Shown: positions 39,572 to 50,130, numbered from the whole stretch's first letter. The stretch is DNA of 63,998 nucleotides, filler included, from Sandaracinaceae bacterium (GCA_947483975.1; 6 parts of 6 records of this genome joined end to end with filler, not necessarily neighbours in it), one strand, 5' to 3'. Notes: generated by a model not told the origin, from the letters alone. Translations and numbers: made by a program.

Positions 39572-42253
39572 TCAGGGAGGCGGAGGAGGCTCGGTGCCCG
39601 GGTGAGTCGTCTCGCCGGGAAGCGGGGACACCATCATGCTGTCTGCGCTCTGCAGGCGCTCGTCGATCCCCGCTGCGCGCGCCGCGTAGTCGTTGCCGGC
39701 GGCGCGCTGCTCGTCCGCGACGGTCTCGCCGGAGAGCAAGAACGCCGAGTACGCGCGGCAGCTGCGCGCGAGCTCCATGTCGTTGCCGAGCTCCTCGAAG
39801 AGCGTGACCGAGCGCTCGAAGGCGTCGCGCGCGTGCTGATGGTCCTCGCCGCCCCAGCCCGCCGCGGCGCCGATCTCACCGAAGGTGCGCAGCGCGACGC
39901 CGAGGAACGGCTTGCTCCGCGCCTGCTCGAAGAGCTGGATGCTGCGGGCGATGTAGTCGCGCGCGGTCCTCATGTCGTGGACCATCATGTGGGCCTTCGC
40001 GAGGCCGCGGAGGATCTCGCCCTCGAGGATGCGGTCGCCGAGCGTCGAGGAGATCTCCTCGGCTTGCTGCAGGCCCTTGATCGCCTCTTCCGGGCGGGCG
40101 AGGCGGTAGTGCGCCTGGCCGAGGTTCGTCAGGATGACGGCCTGCCGCATCCGGTCCCCGACCTCGCGCGCGAGCTCGAGCGCCTCGGTCCACAGCGCGA
40201 GCGCGAGCGGGTGCTCTCCGCTCTGCTCGCGGATGTCGCCGAGGTTGTTGAGCGTCTGCGCGATGCCCGGGCGGTCGCCGATGTCGCGGCGCAGCAGGAG
40301 CGCCTCGTTGTACGCCTCGAGCGCCTCGCTGAAGCGGCCGCTGTCCTGGTAGACGAGCCCGAGGTTGTTGAGCGAGAGCGCGATCGAGCGCGCGTCGCCG
40401 AGCTCGCGTCGGAGCTCGAGCCCTTGGCGCATGAAGCGCTCGGACATCTCGTAGACGCCGCGCATCCAGTGCACCTTGCCGACGTCGTCGAGCGAGGACG
40501 CGACGCCGCGCTTGTCGCCCGCCGCGTCGAAGAGCGCGTGCCCCGTGCCGAGGTGCCGCATCGCCTCCTCGAGCTGCCCGATCGAGCGATAGAGCCGCCC
40601 GAGGCGGTTGTGCGCCGCCCCGCCCTTGCTCTTGAGATCGAGGCGATAGGCGATGGCCAGCATCTGCCGGAAGCTCTCGAGCGCCGCGTCGTTGTGCCCC
40701 GCGAGCTGCAGCACATCGCCCTGGTGGTGGAGCGCGTCGAGGCGCTGCGGGACGTCCTCCTCGCCGATCAGCGCGAGGCCTTTGCCGTAGTACTCGGCGG
40801 CCTTCACGTTCGCGTAGCGCTCACGCGCGCGATCCGCGGCCATCAGGAAGTAGTGCCCCGCCTTGCGCTTGGCCCCGCCCGCCTCGAAGTGCTGCGCGAG
40901 CATCTCGCACTGCTCTTCCGCGCTCTCGGCGAGGCGGAACTCGAGCCACTCCGCCACGACGAGGTGATAGCGCCGCAGCTGCGAGCGGCTCGTCAGCCGC
41001 TGCACGGTCTCGCGCTCGAGGTTGTGCTTGAAGGCGTACTCGGTGTCGCCGGGCACCGACGAGTCCGGCAGCGCGAGGACGTACTCGCGCTCCTCGAGCG
41101 TGTGCAGCAGATCGCGGTAGTGGAGCGCCACGTCCTCCGCGCCGCCCCAGAGCGCGGGCGTCGGCTTGTCGATGCGCGCGAGCGCGACGAGCGCGCCGAC
41201 CCAGAACACACCGCCCATCGTCGCGGCCATCTCGAGCAGCTGCCGCTCGGGCGCCTCGAGCGCCGAGATGCGCGCGCTGATCGCGTCCTCGACGGTCAGC
41301 GGGAGCTGCGCGTCGTCGAGCCTCGAGAGCTCCACCGCCCAGGTCCCGTCGCCGCGCGGCACGAGCGTGCCGCTCGCCAGGAACGTGCGGACCATCTGCT
41401 CGAGCAGGTACGGGCTGCCGCCCGACATATCGACGGCGGCGTCGATCAGCTCCTGCGGAGGCTCGCCCGTCGGCGCGAGCAAGCGCTGCATCAAGCTCGC
41501 GGAGTCGTCCGCGCCGAGCGGGCCGAGCTCGATGCGCGAGTGCGCGGCGCCGCCGATGTCGAGCCAGTCGGGGCGCTTCGCGAGCAGCTCAGGGCGCGCG
41601 ACGTGGATCATCAGCACGGGCGCCTTCGTCATCGTGCTGACGAGGTAGGTCACGAGATCGAGCGTGTCGTCGGTCGCCCAGTGCAGGTCCTCGAAGGTGA
41701 GGATCAGCGGGTGCGTCTCGGCGTCGACCTCGAAGAAGCGGCGCAGCACCGCGCGCGAGATCTTGCTGAACTGCTCGGGGTCGTCCTCGACCGCCTTGAT
41801 GAACGGCGACTCCGGATAGCGGAGATCGAGGAACGCGCCGAGGAAGTGCAGGAACTCCGTGACGCGGCGGTCCCCGAGGGTCTCGCTCACCTTCGCGCGG
41901 AACTGCTCGCGCGTCGTCTCTGCGTCGGCGCCCTCGATGACGCTGAAGCGCCCCTTGAGGATGCGCTGCACGGCGCCGAACGCAGGGCCGTCCTCGCGAC
42001 AGGTGCCGCGGTAGGCGCGGACGCGGCGGTCGCGATCGCGCACCTTCGCCAGGAATTCATGGACCAGGCGCGTCTTGCCGATGCCCGCGCCGCCGAGGAT
42101 CGTGACGGACTGCGGGACCTTCGTCGCGAGCGCGCGGGCGAGGGCTTCGTCGAGCTCGCGCATCTCCGGGCCGCGACCGATGAGCGGCGCGCGCAGAGCG
42201 TGAGGAGAGAGCACGGAGACCGGACGCAGCAGACCAGATTGGGACGTGGACAT
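39572..42253 (-). CDS. STAND-like AAA ATPase with C-terminal TPR repeats
   Basis: LIGR..E, GGAGIGKT Walker A, FEDLHW Walker B, GGSPY, YAFKH, repeated LNNLG TPRs. Confidence 0.88.
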   Translation of the reverse strand: MSTSQSGLLRPVSVLSPHALRAPLIGRGPEMRELDEALARALATKVPQSVTILGGAGIGKTRLVHEFLAKVRDRDRRVRAYRGTCREDGPAFGAVQRILKGRFSVIEGADAETTREQFRAKVSETLGDRRVTEFLHFLGAFLDLRYPESPFIKAVEDDPEQFSKISRAVLRRFFEVDAETHPLILTFEDLHWATDDTLDLVTYLVSTMTKAPVLMIHVARPELLAKRPDWLDIGGAAHSRIELGPLGADDSASLMQRLLAPTGEPPQELIDAAVDMSGGSPYLLEQMVRTFLASGTLVPRGDGTWAVELSRLDDAQLPLTVEDAISARISALEAPERQLLEMAATMGGVFWVGALVALARIDKPTPALWGGAEDVALHYRDLLHTLEEREYVLALPDSSVPGDTEYAFKHNLERETVQRLTSRSQLRRYHLVVAEWLEFRLAESAEEQCEMLAQHFEAGGAKRKAGHYFLMAADRARERYANVKAAEYYGKGLALIGEEDVPQRLDALHHQGDVLQLAGHNDAALESFRQMLAIAYRLDLKSKGGAAHNRLGRLYRSIGQLEEAMRHLGTGHALFDAAGDKRGVASSLDDVGKVHWMRGVYEMSERFMRQGLELRRELGDARSIALSLNNLGLVYQDSGRFSEALEAYNEALLLRRDIGDRPGIAQTLNNLGDIREQSGEHPLALALWTEALELAREVGDRMRQAVILTNLGQAHYRLARPEEAIKGLQQAEEISSTLGDRILEGEILRGLAKAHMMVHDMRTARDYIARSIQLFEQARSKPFLGVALRTFGEIGAAAGWGGEDHQHARDAFERSVTLFEELGNDMELARSCRAYSAFLLSGETVADEQRAAGNDYAARAAGIDERLQSADSMMVSPLPGETTHPGTEPPPPP

Positions 42254-42448
42254 TCGACCTCGAGGGGGGAGGACAATCTATCCTACAGAGGCTTACATCA
42301 CAAGTCGGCGGGCGGCGCGCATTGCAACACGGGAGGCCCTGCCCCGTACAGAGCCGCTTTTCGTCGACCGCGCGGCGCATTGCCGGCGTGTGCGAGCGCA
42401 GCCGGAGACGTGGCCGAGGCGCGCGCCGACCTGCTATACGTCGCCGCC

Positions 42449-43846
42449 ATGTCCGCCCCCGTCGACCGCGCCATCACCCATCTGGAGACGCACTGGGATG
42501 CGTATCTCGCGCAGCTCATGGACCTCGTCCGTGTGCCGGGCGTCAGCGCCGTGCCGCCGCCGAGCGAGCCGCTCGTGCGCAGCGCCGAGGCGCTCCTCGC
42601 CGTGATGGAAGCCGCGGGCCTCGAGCACTGCGAGATCATCGACTTCCCCGGCGGGCATCCGTACGTCTACGGCGACTGGCTGCACGCCGAGGGCGCGCCG
42701 ACGCTGCTGCTCTATGGGCATCACGACGTGATGCCGCCTGGGCGCGCGGAGAAGTGGATCACGCCCGCGTTCGAGCCGTCGGTGCGCGACGGGCGCCTCT
42801 ACGGGCGCGGCGCGGTGGACGACAAGGCGGGCGTGATGGTGCACGTCGCCGCGGTGGCGTCGTACCTGAAGAGCGCAGGGAGCCTGCCGGTGAACGTGAA
42901 GTTCATCGTCGAGGGCGAGGAGGAGGTCGGCTCGCAGAGCCTCGACGCGTTCCTGACGAAGTACGCCGAGAAGCTGCAGGGCGATGTGATCGTCCTGACG
43001 GACACGGCGAACCACGAGGCGGGGCTGCCGTCCCTGACCGTCTCGCTGCGTGGCCTCGTCGGCGTGCAGGTCGAGGTGCGTGGGCTCGATCACCCGATCC
43101 ACAGCGGGATGTTCGGCGGCCCGGTGCCGGATCCGGTGATGGCGCTCTGCCGCGCGATCGCGGAGCTGACGGACGAGCGGGGGCGGCCGTCGGCGCTCCT
43201 GCAGCAGGGGGTGCGCGCGCTCTCCGCGACCGAGCGCGCGGCGCTCGAGAAGCTGCCGTACGACGACCAGACGTTCCGCGCCGAGGTGGGCATCGTGCCG
43301 GGCGCGCAGCTGACCGGCGACCCGGATATGCCTGTGTTCGGGCGCATCTGGCACCAGCCTGCGGTCACCGTGATCGCGCTCGAAGGGCGGCCGATCGCGG
43401 GCTCGAGCAATCAGCTGATCGAGAGCGCGCGCTGCCGGATCAGCCTGCGCATCGTCGCGGACCAGGATCCGGAGCAGCTTCAGGACGCGCTCGTCGCGCA
43501 CTTCGAGTCGCGCGTCCCGTGGGGGCTCGAGGTGACGGTGACGCGCGAGAGCGCCGCGAAGTGGTGGGTGACGGAGCCCGCGCACGAGGCGTTCGCGCTC
43601 GCGGAGCGCGCGCTCGAGAAGGGCTATGGGCGCGGCGCCGTGCACATCGGCTGCGGCGGCTCGATCCCGTTCGTCGAGCCGTTCGCGACGCACCTCGGCG
43701 GAGCGCCCGCGCTGCTGATGGGCGTCGAAGATCCCATCTGCAACGCGCACGGCGAGAACGAGTCGCTCAACCTCGACGACTGGCGCAAGGGCACCCGCGC
43801 GGCGGTGTACCTCTACGACGAGCTCTCCCGCATGAAGAAGCGCTGA
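42449..43846 (+). CDS. M20 family metallo-dipeptidase
   Basis: YGHHDV, GRGAVDDK, EGEEE, HSG, GGSIP, AHGENE. Confidence 0.93.
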   Translation: MSAPVDRAITHLETHWDAYLAQLMDLVRVPGVSAVPPPSEPLVRSAEALLAVMEAAGLEHCEIIDFPGGHPYVYGDWLHAEGAPTLLLYGHHDVMPPGRAEKWITPAFEPSVRDGRLYGRGAVDDKAGVMVHVAAVASYLKSAGSLPVNVKFIVEGEEEVGSQSLDAFLTKYAEKLQGDVIVLTDTANHEAGLPSLTVSLRGLVGVQVEVRGLDHPIHSGMFGGPVPDPVMALCRAIAELTDERGRPSALLQQGVRALSATERAALEKLPYDDQTFRAEVGIVPGAQLTGDPDMPVFGRIWHQPAVTVIALEGRPIAGSSNQLIESARCRISLRIVADQDPEQLQDALVAHFESRVPWGLEVTVTRESAAKWWVTEPAHEAFALAERALEKGYGRGAVHIGCGGSIPFVEPFATHLGGAPALLMGVEDPICNAHGENESLNLDDWRKGTRAAVYLYDELSRMKKR

Positions 43847-43897
43847 GTCACGGGAGCGCGCTTGCGTGCGCGTGCGTCGCTCGGCGATGCTGGCGGC

Positions 43898-44752
43898 ATG
43901 ACGCGTAGTTCTCGCTGGGTCCGCTGGTTGCTGTGTTGTGTGGCGTTGACGACGACGGGCTGCGGGCTCGTGCTCGACGTGGATCCGCCGGACCCGAAGC
44001 ACGTCGATGCGTCGACGAGCGATCTCGGCGGGCGCGACGCGGGGGACATCGCGTTCGACGAGGGCGTCGCAGCCTTCGACGAAGGGATCATGGAGATCGA
44101 CGCGGACGTGACGCCGGTGGACGGCGGCCTCGTCGCGCTCGACGAGGGGCTCCTGGAGACCGATGGCGGAGCCGTCCGCTTGGACGGTGGGGTCGTGTAC
44201 ACGGATGCCGGCGTCACCACGCTCGACGGGGCAGTGCCTCCTCCCGACGCGGGGCTGGTCGCGTGCGGCGGCGACGGTGACTGCAACGACGCGAACTCCT
44301 GCACCGACGATCGCTGCCTGCGCCCCGCTGGCATATGTGAGCACCCCCCGCACATCGGTGGCTGCAACGACGGCAACGCTTGCTCGCTCGGCGACTACTG
44401 CGCGGCGGGCGCGTGCATCAGCGACACCTTCATCGCGTGCATGGACGACCTCAATCCCTGCACGGTTGACCTCTGCGACCCCGTCCGCGGCTGCGTGAGC
44501 GAACCGGCCCCCGACGGAACGAGCTGCGACCCGGACCCGAGCCTGTGCAACTGGGGGCGGTGTATGGGCGGCGGCTGCGTCTACGGCGCGATCGCCTGCA
44601 TCGAGACCGACGGCAACCCGTGCACGGCGGACGTCTGCGAGCCGACGACGGGCGGCTGCGTCGTGCACAACGCACCGCTGGGCGCGCCGTGCATGCTTCC
44701 CTTCGGGACGGCGCCCGGACGGTGTAACGGCCTCGGCACCTGCGGCCCCTGA
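43898..44752 (+). CDS. Cys-rich lipoprotein
   Basis: TTG-C lipobox, acidic DxG linker, CNDxNxCTxDxC repeats. Confidence 0.8.
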   Translation: MTRSSRWVRWLLCCVALTTTGCGLVLDVDPPDPKHVDASTSDLGGRDAGDIAFDEGVAAFDEGIMEIDADVTPVDGGLVALDEGLLETDGGAVRLDGGVVYTDAGVTTLDGAVPPPDAGLVACGGDGDCNDANSCTDDRCLRPAGICEHPPHIGGCNDGNACSLGDYCAAGACISDTFIACMDDLNPCTVDLCDPVRGCVSEPAPDGTSCDPDPSLCNWGRCMGGGCVYGAIACIETDGNPCTADVCEPTTGGCVVHNAPLGAPCMLPFGTAPGRCNGLGTCGP

Positions 44753-44816
44753 GCGACCGCGGCGCGCATACCTGGGCGACCGCAGCCCGAATCTCTGAGC
44801 GCCTGCACGGCGCTTA

Positions 44817-44859
44817 AACGGCGAGGGCCGCGAGCGTGATGCCCGCGGCCCTCGCCGTT
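44817..44859. terminator. Bidirectional hairpin between convergent genes
   Basis: AACGGCGAGGGCCGCG...CGCGGCCCTCGCCGTT perfect 16-bp stem. Confidence 0.75.
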
Positions 44860-44878
44860 GTGTAGGTCCGCTAGGTGA

Positions 44879-45652
44879 TCAGCGCCGACGGCGGCGTGCG
44901 ATCACGATCGCGAGGAGGCCCAGGCCGAGCAGGCCCGCGCCGCCCGTCGAGGTGCCGCTCGTGCCCGGTACGGCGCAGCCGCAGCCGCCGCTGTCCGCAG
45001 GAACGCGCGGAAGACTGCCAGCGTCAACGCTGGCGTCGCCGCCCGTGCCGGCGTCCGTGCCAGCGTCCGCGCCCGCGTCCGTGTCCACGATGCCGGAGTC
45101 GGTGTCGATGCCACCGTCCACGACGCCCGCGTCCACTCCGCAGCCCGGGATCATGTCGTGCGCGCAGGTGTTGCCGACATCGCAGACGTCGTCCGTGCAG
45201 GCATCGCCGTCGTCGCAGTCGGTGTCCAGGGTGCAGCAGCCCGCGATCGCGTCGTGCGCGCAGCCGCCGGGCTCCGCGCAGCTATCCGCGGTGCAGACGT
45301 CGGCATCGTCGCAAGCGAGCGTGGTGCCCGCCGCGCAGGTGCCCGTCGCGCAGACCTCGTCGCCGTTGCAGACCGCGCCGTCGGCGCACGCGGTGCCGTC
45401 GGCCGTGAAGCCGTCGGCAGGACACGCAGCCGCGGCGCCAGAGCACGCCTCAGCCACATCGCAGGTACCCGCCGCCGCGCGACAGGTCGTACCCGTCGAC
45501 GCGAACGCGTCGGCAGGACACGCGGACGCGGCGCCAGTGCACGCCTCCGCCACGTCGCACACGTCCGCCGCCGCGCGGCAGCCCGTGCCCGCCGCCGCGA
45601 AGCCGTCCGCAGGACACAGCGCCGAAGCGCCCGAGCACGCCTCAGCCGCGTC
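44879..45652 (-). CDS. MYXO-CTERM surface protein with disintegrin-like Cys repeats (5' truncated)
   Basis: CRAAAGxCDVAEAC..CPAD repeats; SGGCGC...hydrophobic...RRRRR C-terminus. Confidence 0.88.
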   Translation of the reverse strand, partial: DAAEACSGASALCPADGFAAAGTGCRAAADVCDVAEACTGAASACPADAFASTGTTCRAAAGTCDVAEACSGAAAACPADGFTADGTACADGAVCNGDEVCATGTCAAGTTLACDDADVCTADSCAEPGGCAHDAIAGCCTLDTDCDDGDACTDDVCDVGNTCAHDMIPGCGVDAGVVDGGIDTDSGIVDTDAGADAGTDAGTGGDASVDAGSLPRVPADSGGCGCAVPGTSGTSTGGAGLLGLGLLAIVIARRRRR

Positions 45653-45752
45653 NNNNNNNNNNNNNNNNNNNNNNNNNNNNNNNNNNNNNNNNNNNNTTAA
45701 TTAATTAANNNNNNNNNNNNNNNNNNNNNNNNNNNNNNNNNNNNNNNNNNNN
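45653..45752. other. Artificial contig linker
   Basis: N/TTAATTAATTAA/N spacer. Confidence 0.99.
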
Positions 45753-46094
45753 CAGCCCCTCGAGCGCCTCGTTCGCCGGCTTGCCCGCGACGTGCTCCTC
45801 GACGAGCAGCGCCACCCCCGCCTCGAGCCCGAACGCCCCGCCCAGCGGCGCGTCGAGCCGCAGCAGCTCGAACACCTTCGCCAGCCCCGGGTGCGAGACG
45901 CGCGCGAGCGCCTCGAGCTCCCACGCGAGCCGCTCCGCCTCCGCCGCCGGCACGACCTTCGCCGCCCGCCGGACGCCGCCCTCCGCCGTGTCCGCGACGA
46001 GCATCACGCGCCCCATCGCGCCCCGCCCGAGCTCCCGGACGTACGCGTAGCGCCCCGCGAGCTTCACCCCCTCCGCCAACGATGTTGCAGGCAT
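45753..46094 (-). CDS. Ser/Thr protein kinase (5' part)
   Basis: LGRGAMGRV Gly loop, AAK, E..AL..VSHPGL. Confidence 0.82.
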
Positions 46095-46147
46095 CTCGCG
46101 ACCATTCTCGGGCCGATGCGCGAGAAGATCAACTCAGTTGGCGCGGG

Positions 46148-46258
46148 GCCTCAGCCCACTCGCGGCCTCCCTCGCGTCGCCGCCTCAGCCCACTCGCGGC
46201 CTCCCTCGCGTCGCCGCCTCAGCCCACTCGCGGCCTCCCTCGCGTCGCCGCCTCAGCC
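46148..46258. repeat. 34-bp perfect tandem repeat x3 + 9 bp
   Basis: GCCTCAGCCCACTCGCGGCCTCCCTCGCGTCGCC at 46148, 46182, 46216. Confidence 0.95.
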
Positions 46259-47440
46259 GTAGCGCAGCCACGCCGAGCGCTCCAGCGCGAACCGCGCGGC
46301 GCCCGCCGCCTCCGTTTCGAGCACGCGCTCGAGCGCGCCCGCGTCGCCCGAGTCCACCGCCGCGCGGAACTCAGGTCCGCCCGTCAGCAGGTCGATCGCG
46401 GGGCGGTCGCTGACGTACTCGTACGTCTCCGTGCGCCAGCGAAACGCGTCCCCCGCCTGCGCCCGCACCTGCGCGAGGGCGCGCAGATACAGCTCGTAGG
46501 AGCGCAGCGCGCGCGCGTCCGTGACGTGCACCTGCACGCCGCCGCAGCGCTGCTTGGCGTGCTTGTGAAACGTCGGCTCGAACGTCAGCGCGCGCAGCTG
46601 CGCGCCCGGTCCGCGCACCGCCTCGGCGAGCGCGCGCCCGTCGACGAAGGGCGCGCCCCAGACCTCGAACGGCCGCGTCGTGCCGCGCCCCTCGCTGAGG
46701 TTCGTCCCTTCGATCAGGCAGCCGCCCGGATACACGAGCGCCGTCTCCGGCGTCGGCATATTCGGCGACGGCAGCACCCACGGCAGCTCCGTCTCGCCGA
46801 AGTGCAGCGCGCGCGCCCAGCCCCGCATTTCGACGACCCGGAGCGCGCTCGCGTCGAGCTTCACGAGGTCGCGCACCATCAGCGCCAGCTCGCCGATGGT
46901 CATGCCGTGCCGCACCGCCACGTCGTACAGCCCGACGAACGAGCGATAGCCGCTGCGCTGCGGCGCGCCCTCGACGACCTCTCCGCCGAGCGGGTTCGGC
47001 CGGTCGAGCACGATCGTCTCGACGCCCGCCGCGGCCGCCGCGCGCAGCACGAGCGCCGCCGTCCACACGAACGTGTAGTAGCGGCTCCCGACGTCCTGCA
47101 GGTCGATGACGATCGCGTCGAGCCCCTCGAGCCACTCGCGCTTCGGTGAGAGCTCCGCCTCGCTCGCTCCGTAGAGCGTCCGGATCTGCGCGCCCGTCTC
47201 CGCGTCACGCAGCTCCGCGACGCCGATCATGTCCTGCGCCTCGCCGCCGTAGCCGTGCTCAGGGCCGAACAGCGCGCACAGCTTCGCGCCCGCCCGCACG
47301 AGCACATCCTTCGCGTGCACGAGCCGCGAATCCACGCTCGCCGGGTGCGCGACGAGCCCGACACGCCTGCCGCGCACGAGCGCGACGACGTCCTCCTCCC
47401 CCGCCGCGAGCCGGTCGAGCCCGGTCGCGCAGCGCGCCAT
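46253..47440 (-). CDS. DUF1343 / NamZ-like exo-beta-N-acetylmuramidase
   Basis: FGPEHG, DLQDVGSRYYT, DRPNP, RHGMTIGE, PSPNMP, SEGRGT. Confidence 0.92.
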   Translation of the reverse strand: MARCATGLDRLAAGEEDVVALVRGRRVGLVAHPASVDSRLVHAKDVLVRAGAKLCALFGPEHGYGGEAQDMIGVAELRDAETGAQIRTLYGASEAELSPKREWLEGLDAIVIDLQDVGSRYYTFVWTAALVLRAAAAAGVETIVLDRPNPLGGEVVEGAPQRSGYRSFVGLYDVAVRHGMTIGELALMVRDLVKLDASALRVVEMRGWARALHFGETELPWVLPSPNMPTPETALVYPGGCLIEGTNLSEGRGTTRPFEVWGAPFVDGRALAEAVRGPGAQLRALTFEPTFHKHAKQRCGGVQVHVTDARALRSYELYLRALAQVRAQAGDAFRWRTETYEYVSDRPAIDLLTGGPEFRAAVDSGDAGALERVLETEAAGAARFALERSAWLRYG

Positions 47441-48387
47441 CAGCCGCCCGCCCGCTCGCCCGGCTCGGCCGCGAGCAAGTACAGCACCGCCATGCGCACG
47501 GCGACGCCCGCCTCGACCTGCTCGAGGATCACGCTCTGCGTCCCGTCGGCGACCTCGGCGGAGATCTCGACGCCGCGATTCATCGGCCCCGGATGCATCA
47601 CGAGCGCATCAGGCTTCGCGTAGGCGAGCGTCCGCGCGCCGACGCCGAAGGTGCGCGCGTACTCGCGGAGGCTCGGCAAGAGCGCGCCCTTGAGCCGCTC
47701 GAGCTGAATCCGCAGCACCATCACGACGTCCGCGCCCTCGAGCGCCGGCTCGAGCGAGTCGAAGACCTTCACGCCGTACTGCTCCATGTCGGGCGGCATC
47801 AGCGTGCGCGGCCCGACCACCCGCACCTCGGTGCCGAAGAGCCGCAGCAGCAGCGCGTTCGACCGCGCGACGCGCGAGTGCATCACGTCGCCGCAGATCG
47901 TGACGACGAGGCCATCGAGGCGCCCCTTGTGCTTGCGGATCGTGAACGCGTCGAGCAGCGCCTGCGTCGGGTGCTCGTGCTGCCCGTCGCCGGCGTTGAC
48001 GACGCTCGCGCGCACACGCTTGGCGACGTACTCGGCGGCGCCCGACGCCTCGTGTCGCATCACGATGACGTCCGGGTGCATCGCCTCGAGCGTCTTGACG
48101 GTGTCGTAGAGCGACTCGCCCTTCGACACGCTCGAGGTCGAGGCGCTGATGTTGACGACGTCCGCCGAGAGGCGCTTGCCGGCGAGCTCGAAGCTCGTGC
48201 GCGTGCGCGTCGAAGCCTCGTAGAAGAGGTTGAGGATCGTCTTGCCGCGGAGCGTCGGCACCTTGCGCACCGGCCGACGCGACACCTCGAAGAAGGCGGT
48301 CGCCGTGTCGAGCACGTGGAGCACATCGTCGGCGCTGAGCCCCTCGATGCCGGTCAGATGCCGCTGCGAGAATCGACGATCGCTCAT
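47440..48387 (-). CDS. pyrB: Aspartate carbamoyltransferase catalytic subunit
   Basis: [26 protein letters not shown]. Confidence 0.97.
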   Translation of the reverse strand: MSDRRFSQRHLTGIEGLSADDVLHVLDTATAFFEVSRRPVRKVPTLRGKTILNLFYEASTRTRTSFELAGKRLSADVVNISASTSSVSKGESLYDTVKTLEAMHPDVIVMRHEASGAAEYVAKRVRASVVNAGDGQHEHPTQALLDAFTIRKHKGRLDGLVVTICGDVMHSRVARSNALLLRLFGTEVRVVGPRTLMPPDMEQYGVKVFDSLEPALEGADVVMVLRIQLERLKGALLPSLREYARTFGVGARTLAYAKPDALVMHPGPMNRGVEISAEVADGTQSVILEQVEAGVAVRMAVLYLLAAEPGERAGG

Positions 48388-48977
48388 GGGGTCGGCTCCG
48401 GTCTTCTCGACGCTCGCGCGCGAACGGTCACTCGGTCTTCGCCCGGCCCCTCGAGCACGACGTCGACCTTCGCGCTCCGGTCGACGTCGAGCACGCGACC
48501 GACGAAGTCCGCAGCGATCGGCAGCTCGCGCCCGCCGCGATCGCAGAGGACCGCGAGCCAGACCCGTCGCGGGCGCCCGTAGTCGAGCAGGCAGTCGATC
48601 GCCGCGCGGATCGTGCGGCCCGTCTGCAGCACATCGTCGACGAGGACGACATCCTTGCCATCGACGGAGAAGCGCACCTCGCTCGGCCCGATCTTCGGGT
48701 CGGGCAGCGCGGTCGCCGCGTCGTCGCGATAGAGCGCGATGTCGACGGTGCCCACCGGCACGCTCTTGCCCTCGACCGCCAGTATCGCCGCGGCGAGCCG
48801 CTGCGCGAGCGGGACTCCGCCTCGGCGCACGCCGACCAGCGCAAGCCGTTCGGTGCCGCCCGTCTGCTCCACGAGCTCGAGGGCCAAACGCTTGATGACG
48901 CGGGCAACCGCGTCCGCATCGAGCAGCGTCGCCTCGGGGGGCGCCTCGCTCTCGCCACTCGCACCAGCAGGGCTCAC
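48384..48977 (-). CDS. pyrR: PyrR regulator / uracil phosphoribosyltransferase
   Basis: [24 protein letters not shown]. Confidence 0.95.
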   Translation of the reverse strand: MSPAGASGESEAPPEATLLDADAVARVIKRLALELVEQTGGTERLALVGVRRGGVPLAQRLAAAILAVEGKSVPVGTVDIALYRDDAATALPDPKIGPSEVRFSVDGKDVVLVDDVLQTGRTIRAAIDCLLDYGRPRRVWLAVLCDRGGRELPIAADFVGRVLDVDRSAKVDVVLEGPGEDRVTVRARASRRPEPTP

Positions 48978-49077
48978 GCCGCGGGTTCTACGCGCTCGCC
49001 GCCCGCAGCGTCAAGGGGCGTCGAGCCCCGCTGAGACGCGTGCGCGGCGCCGCCAGCTCGCCCGCGGTCGGGCGCCC

Positions 49078-49707
49078 TCAGGGCGAGGGCGTGGTGGTGA
49101 CGCCCGCGCGACCGCCTGCCGCGGACGAGCCAGCCGGGCGCGTGCCTTCCATGCCGTAGGGGCGCGCGGCACCATTGCGGCCAGCCTTCTGCATCTCGTA
49201 CTTGGAGGGGCAGCGCGGCACGACCTGCGACGCGACGAAGCTCCCGTCCGCCTGCAGCTTCCCCTGCACGATCACGGTCAGGTTCACGCCGTCACGGAAG
49301 GTGTCCGGCACGATGCACTGCGAGTAACGCACGGGCATCTCCTGCCCGTTCTTCTCGAGCGTGAAGCGCCACTCGCAGGGGCTCTCGCGAAAACGAATCG
49401 AACCCTGCGTCAGCAGACCCTCGACGCGCAACTCACGACCACGCCACTCGGCGGGGTGCGTGACGACCTCGTTGACCAGCTTCGAGTAGACGAACGCCTC
49501 CTGCGCGCCTGAGCCGAGGAGCAGCGCCGCCACCGTCGCGCCGAGCGCGCCGACGATGATCACGCCCTTCCACTTCGAGAGCCGGGACCGCAGCGTCGGC
49601 GACGTACCGCCCCCTGCCGCGTCGTCACCGTCACCATCGCTTCCGTCGGCGATCTCGACGGGTGCAGGGTCCGCTTCAGCCGCCTTCGACAGATCACGTG
49701 GAGACAT
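49078..49707 (-). CDS. ccmE: Cytochrome c maturation heme chaperone CcmE (Cys type)
   Basis: TM anchor, PDTF, CPSKY heme-binding motif. Confidence 0.88.
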   Translation of the reverse strand: MSPRDLSKAAEADPAPVEIADGSDGDGDDAAGGGTSPTLRSRLSKWKGVIIVGALGATVAALLLGSGAQEAFVYSKLVNEVVTHPAEWRGRELRVEGLLTQGSIRFRESPCEWRFTLEKNGQEMPVRYSQCIVPDTFRDGVNLTVIVQGKLQADGSFVASQVVPRCPSKYEMQKAGRNGAARPYGMEGTRPAGSSAAGGRAGVTTTPSP

Positions 49708-49773
49708 CGTGCCGGATATTGGGCGGCCGCCAGGGCGCGCGCCAGGTAGTTTTCTCACGCTTTCGGCCGACGG

Positions 49774-50130
49774 CTAGTTCTCCGTGTCGGTCTTGCCGAC
49801 CGCCCGCGCCGCGCGCTCCTGACGCGCGAGGAAGCGATTGAAGTTCGCGGCGCCCTTCTCGAAGGCGGTGATGTGCAGGCCCATCCCGGGGAGCGGCTCG
49901 CCCGCGACCTGCCGGGCCCAGACGACCTCGACCTGCGCGACGACCTCGCCCTCCTGCAGGTCCGGGAAGGACACGCGGAAGTGCTGCCCCGGCAGCGGCG
50001 GATTCGCCGTCCGCACGAAGAGCCCGCGCGTGCTGACGTTCAGCGCTTGCACATAGAGCGTGAGGTGCTCGCCCTCACACCAGATGCGCTGCCGAATGGG
50101 GATGCGGGGATCGCGACGGTGGTCGCTCAT
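49774..50130 (-). CDS. PilZ domain protein
   Basis: RRDPR (RxxxR) and NVSTRG motifs, PGMG. Confidence 0.88.
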   Translation of the reverse strand: MSDHRRDPRIPIRQRIWCEGEHLTLYVQALNVSTRGLFVRTANPPLPGQHFRVSFPDLQEGEVVAQVEVVWARQVAGEPLPGMGLHITAFEKGAANFNRFLARQERAARAVGKTDTEN

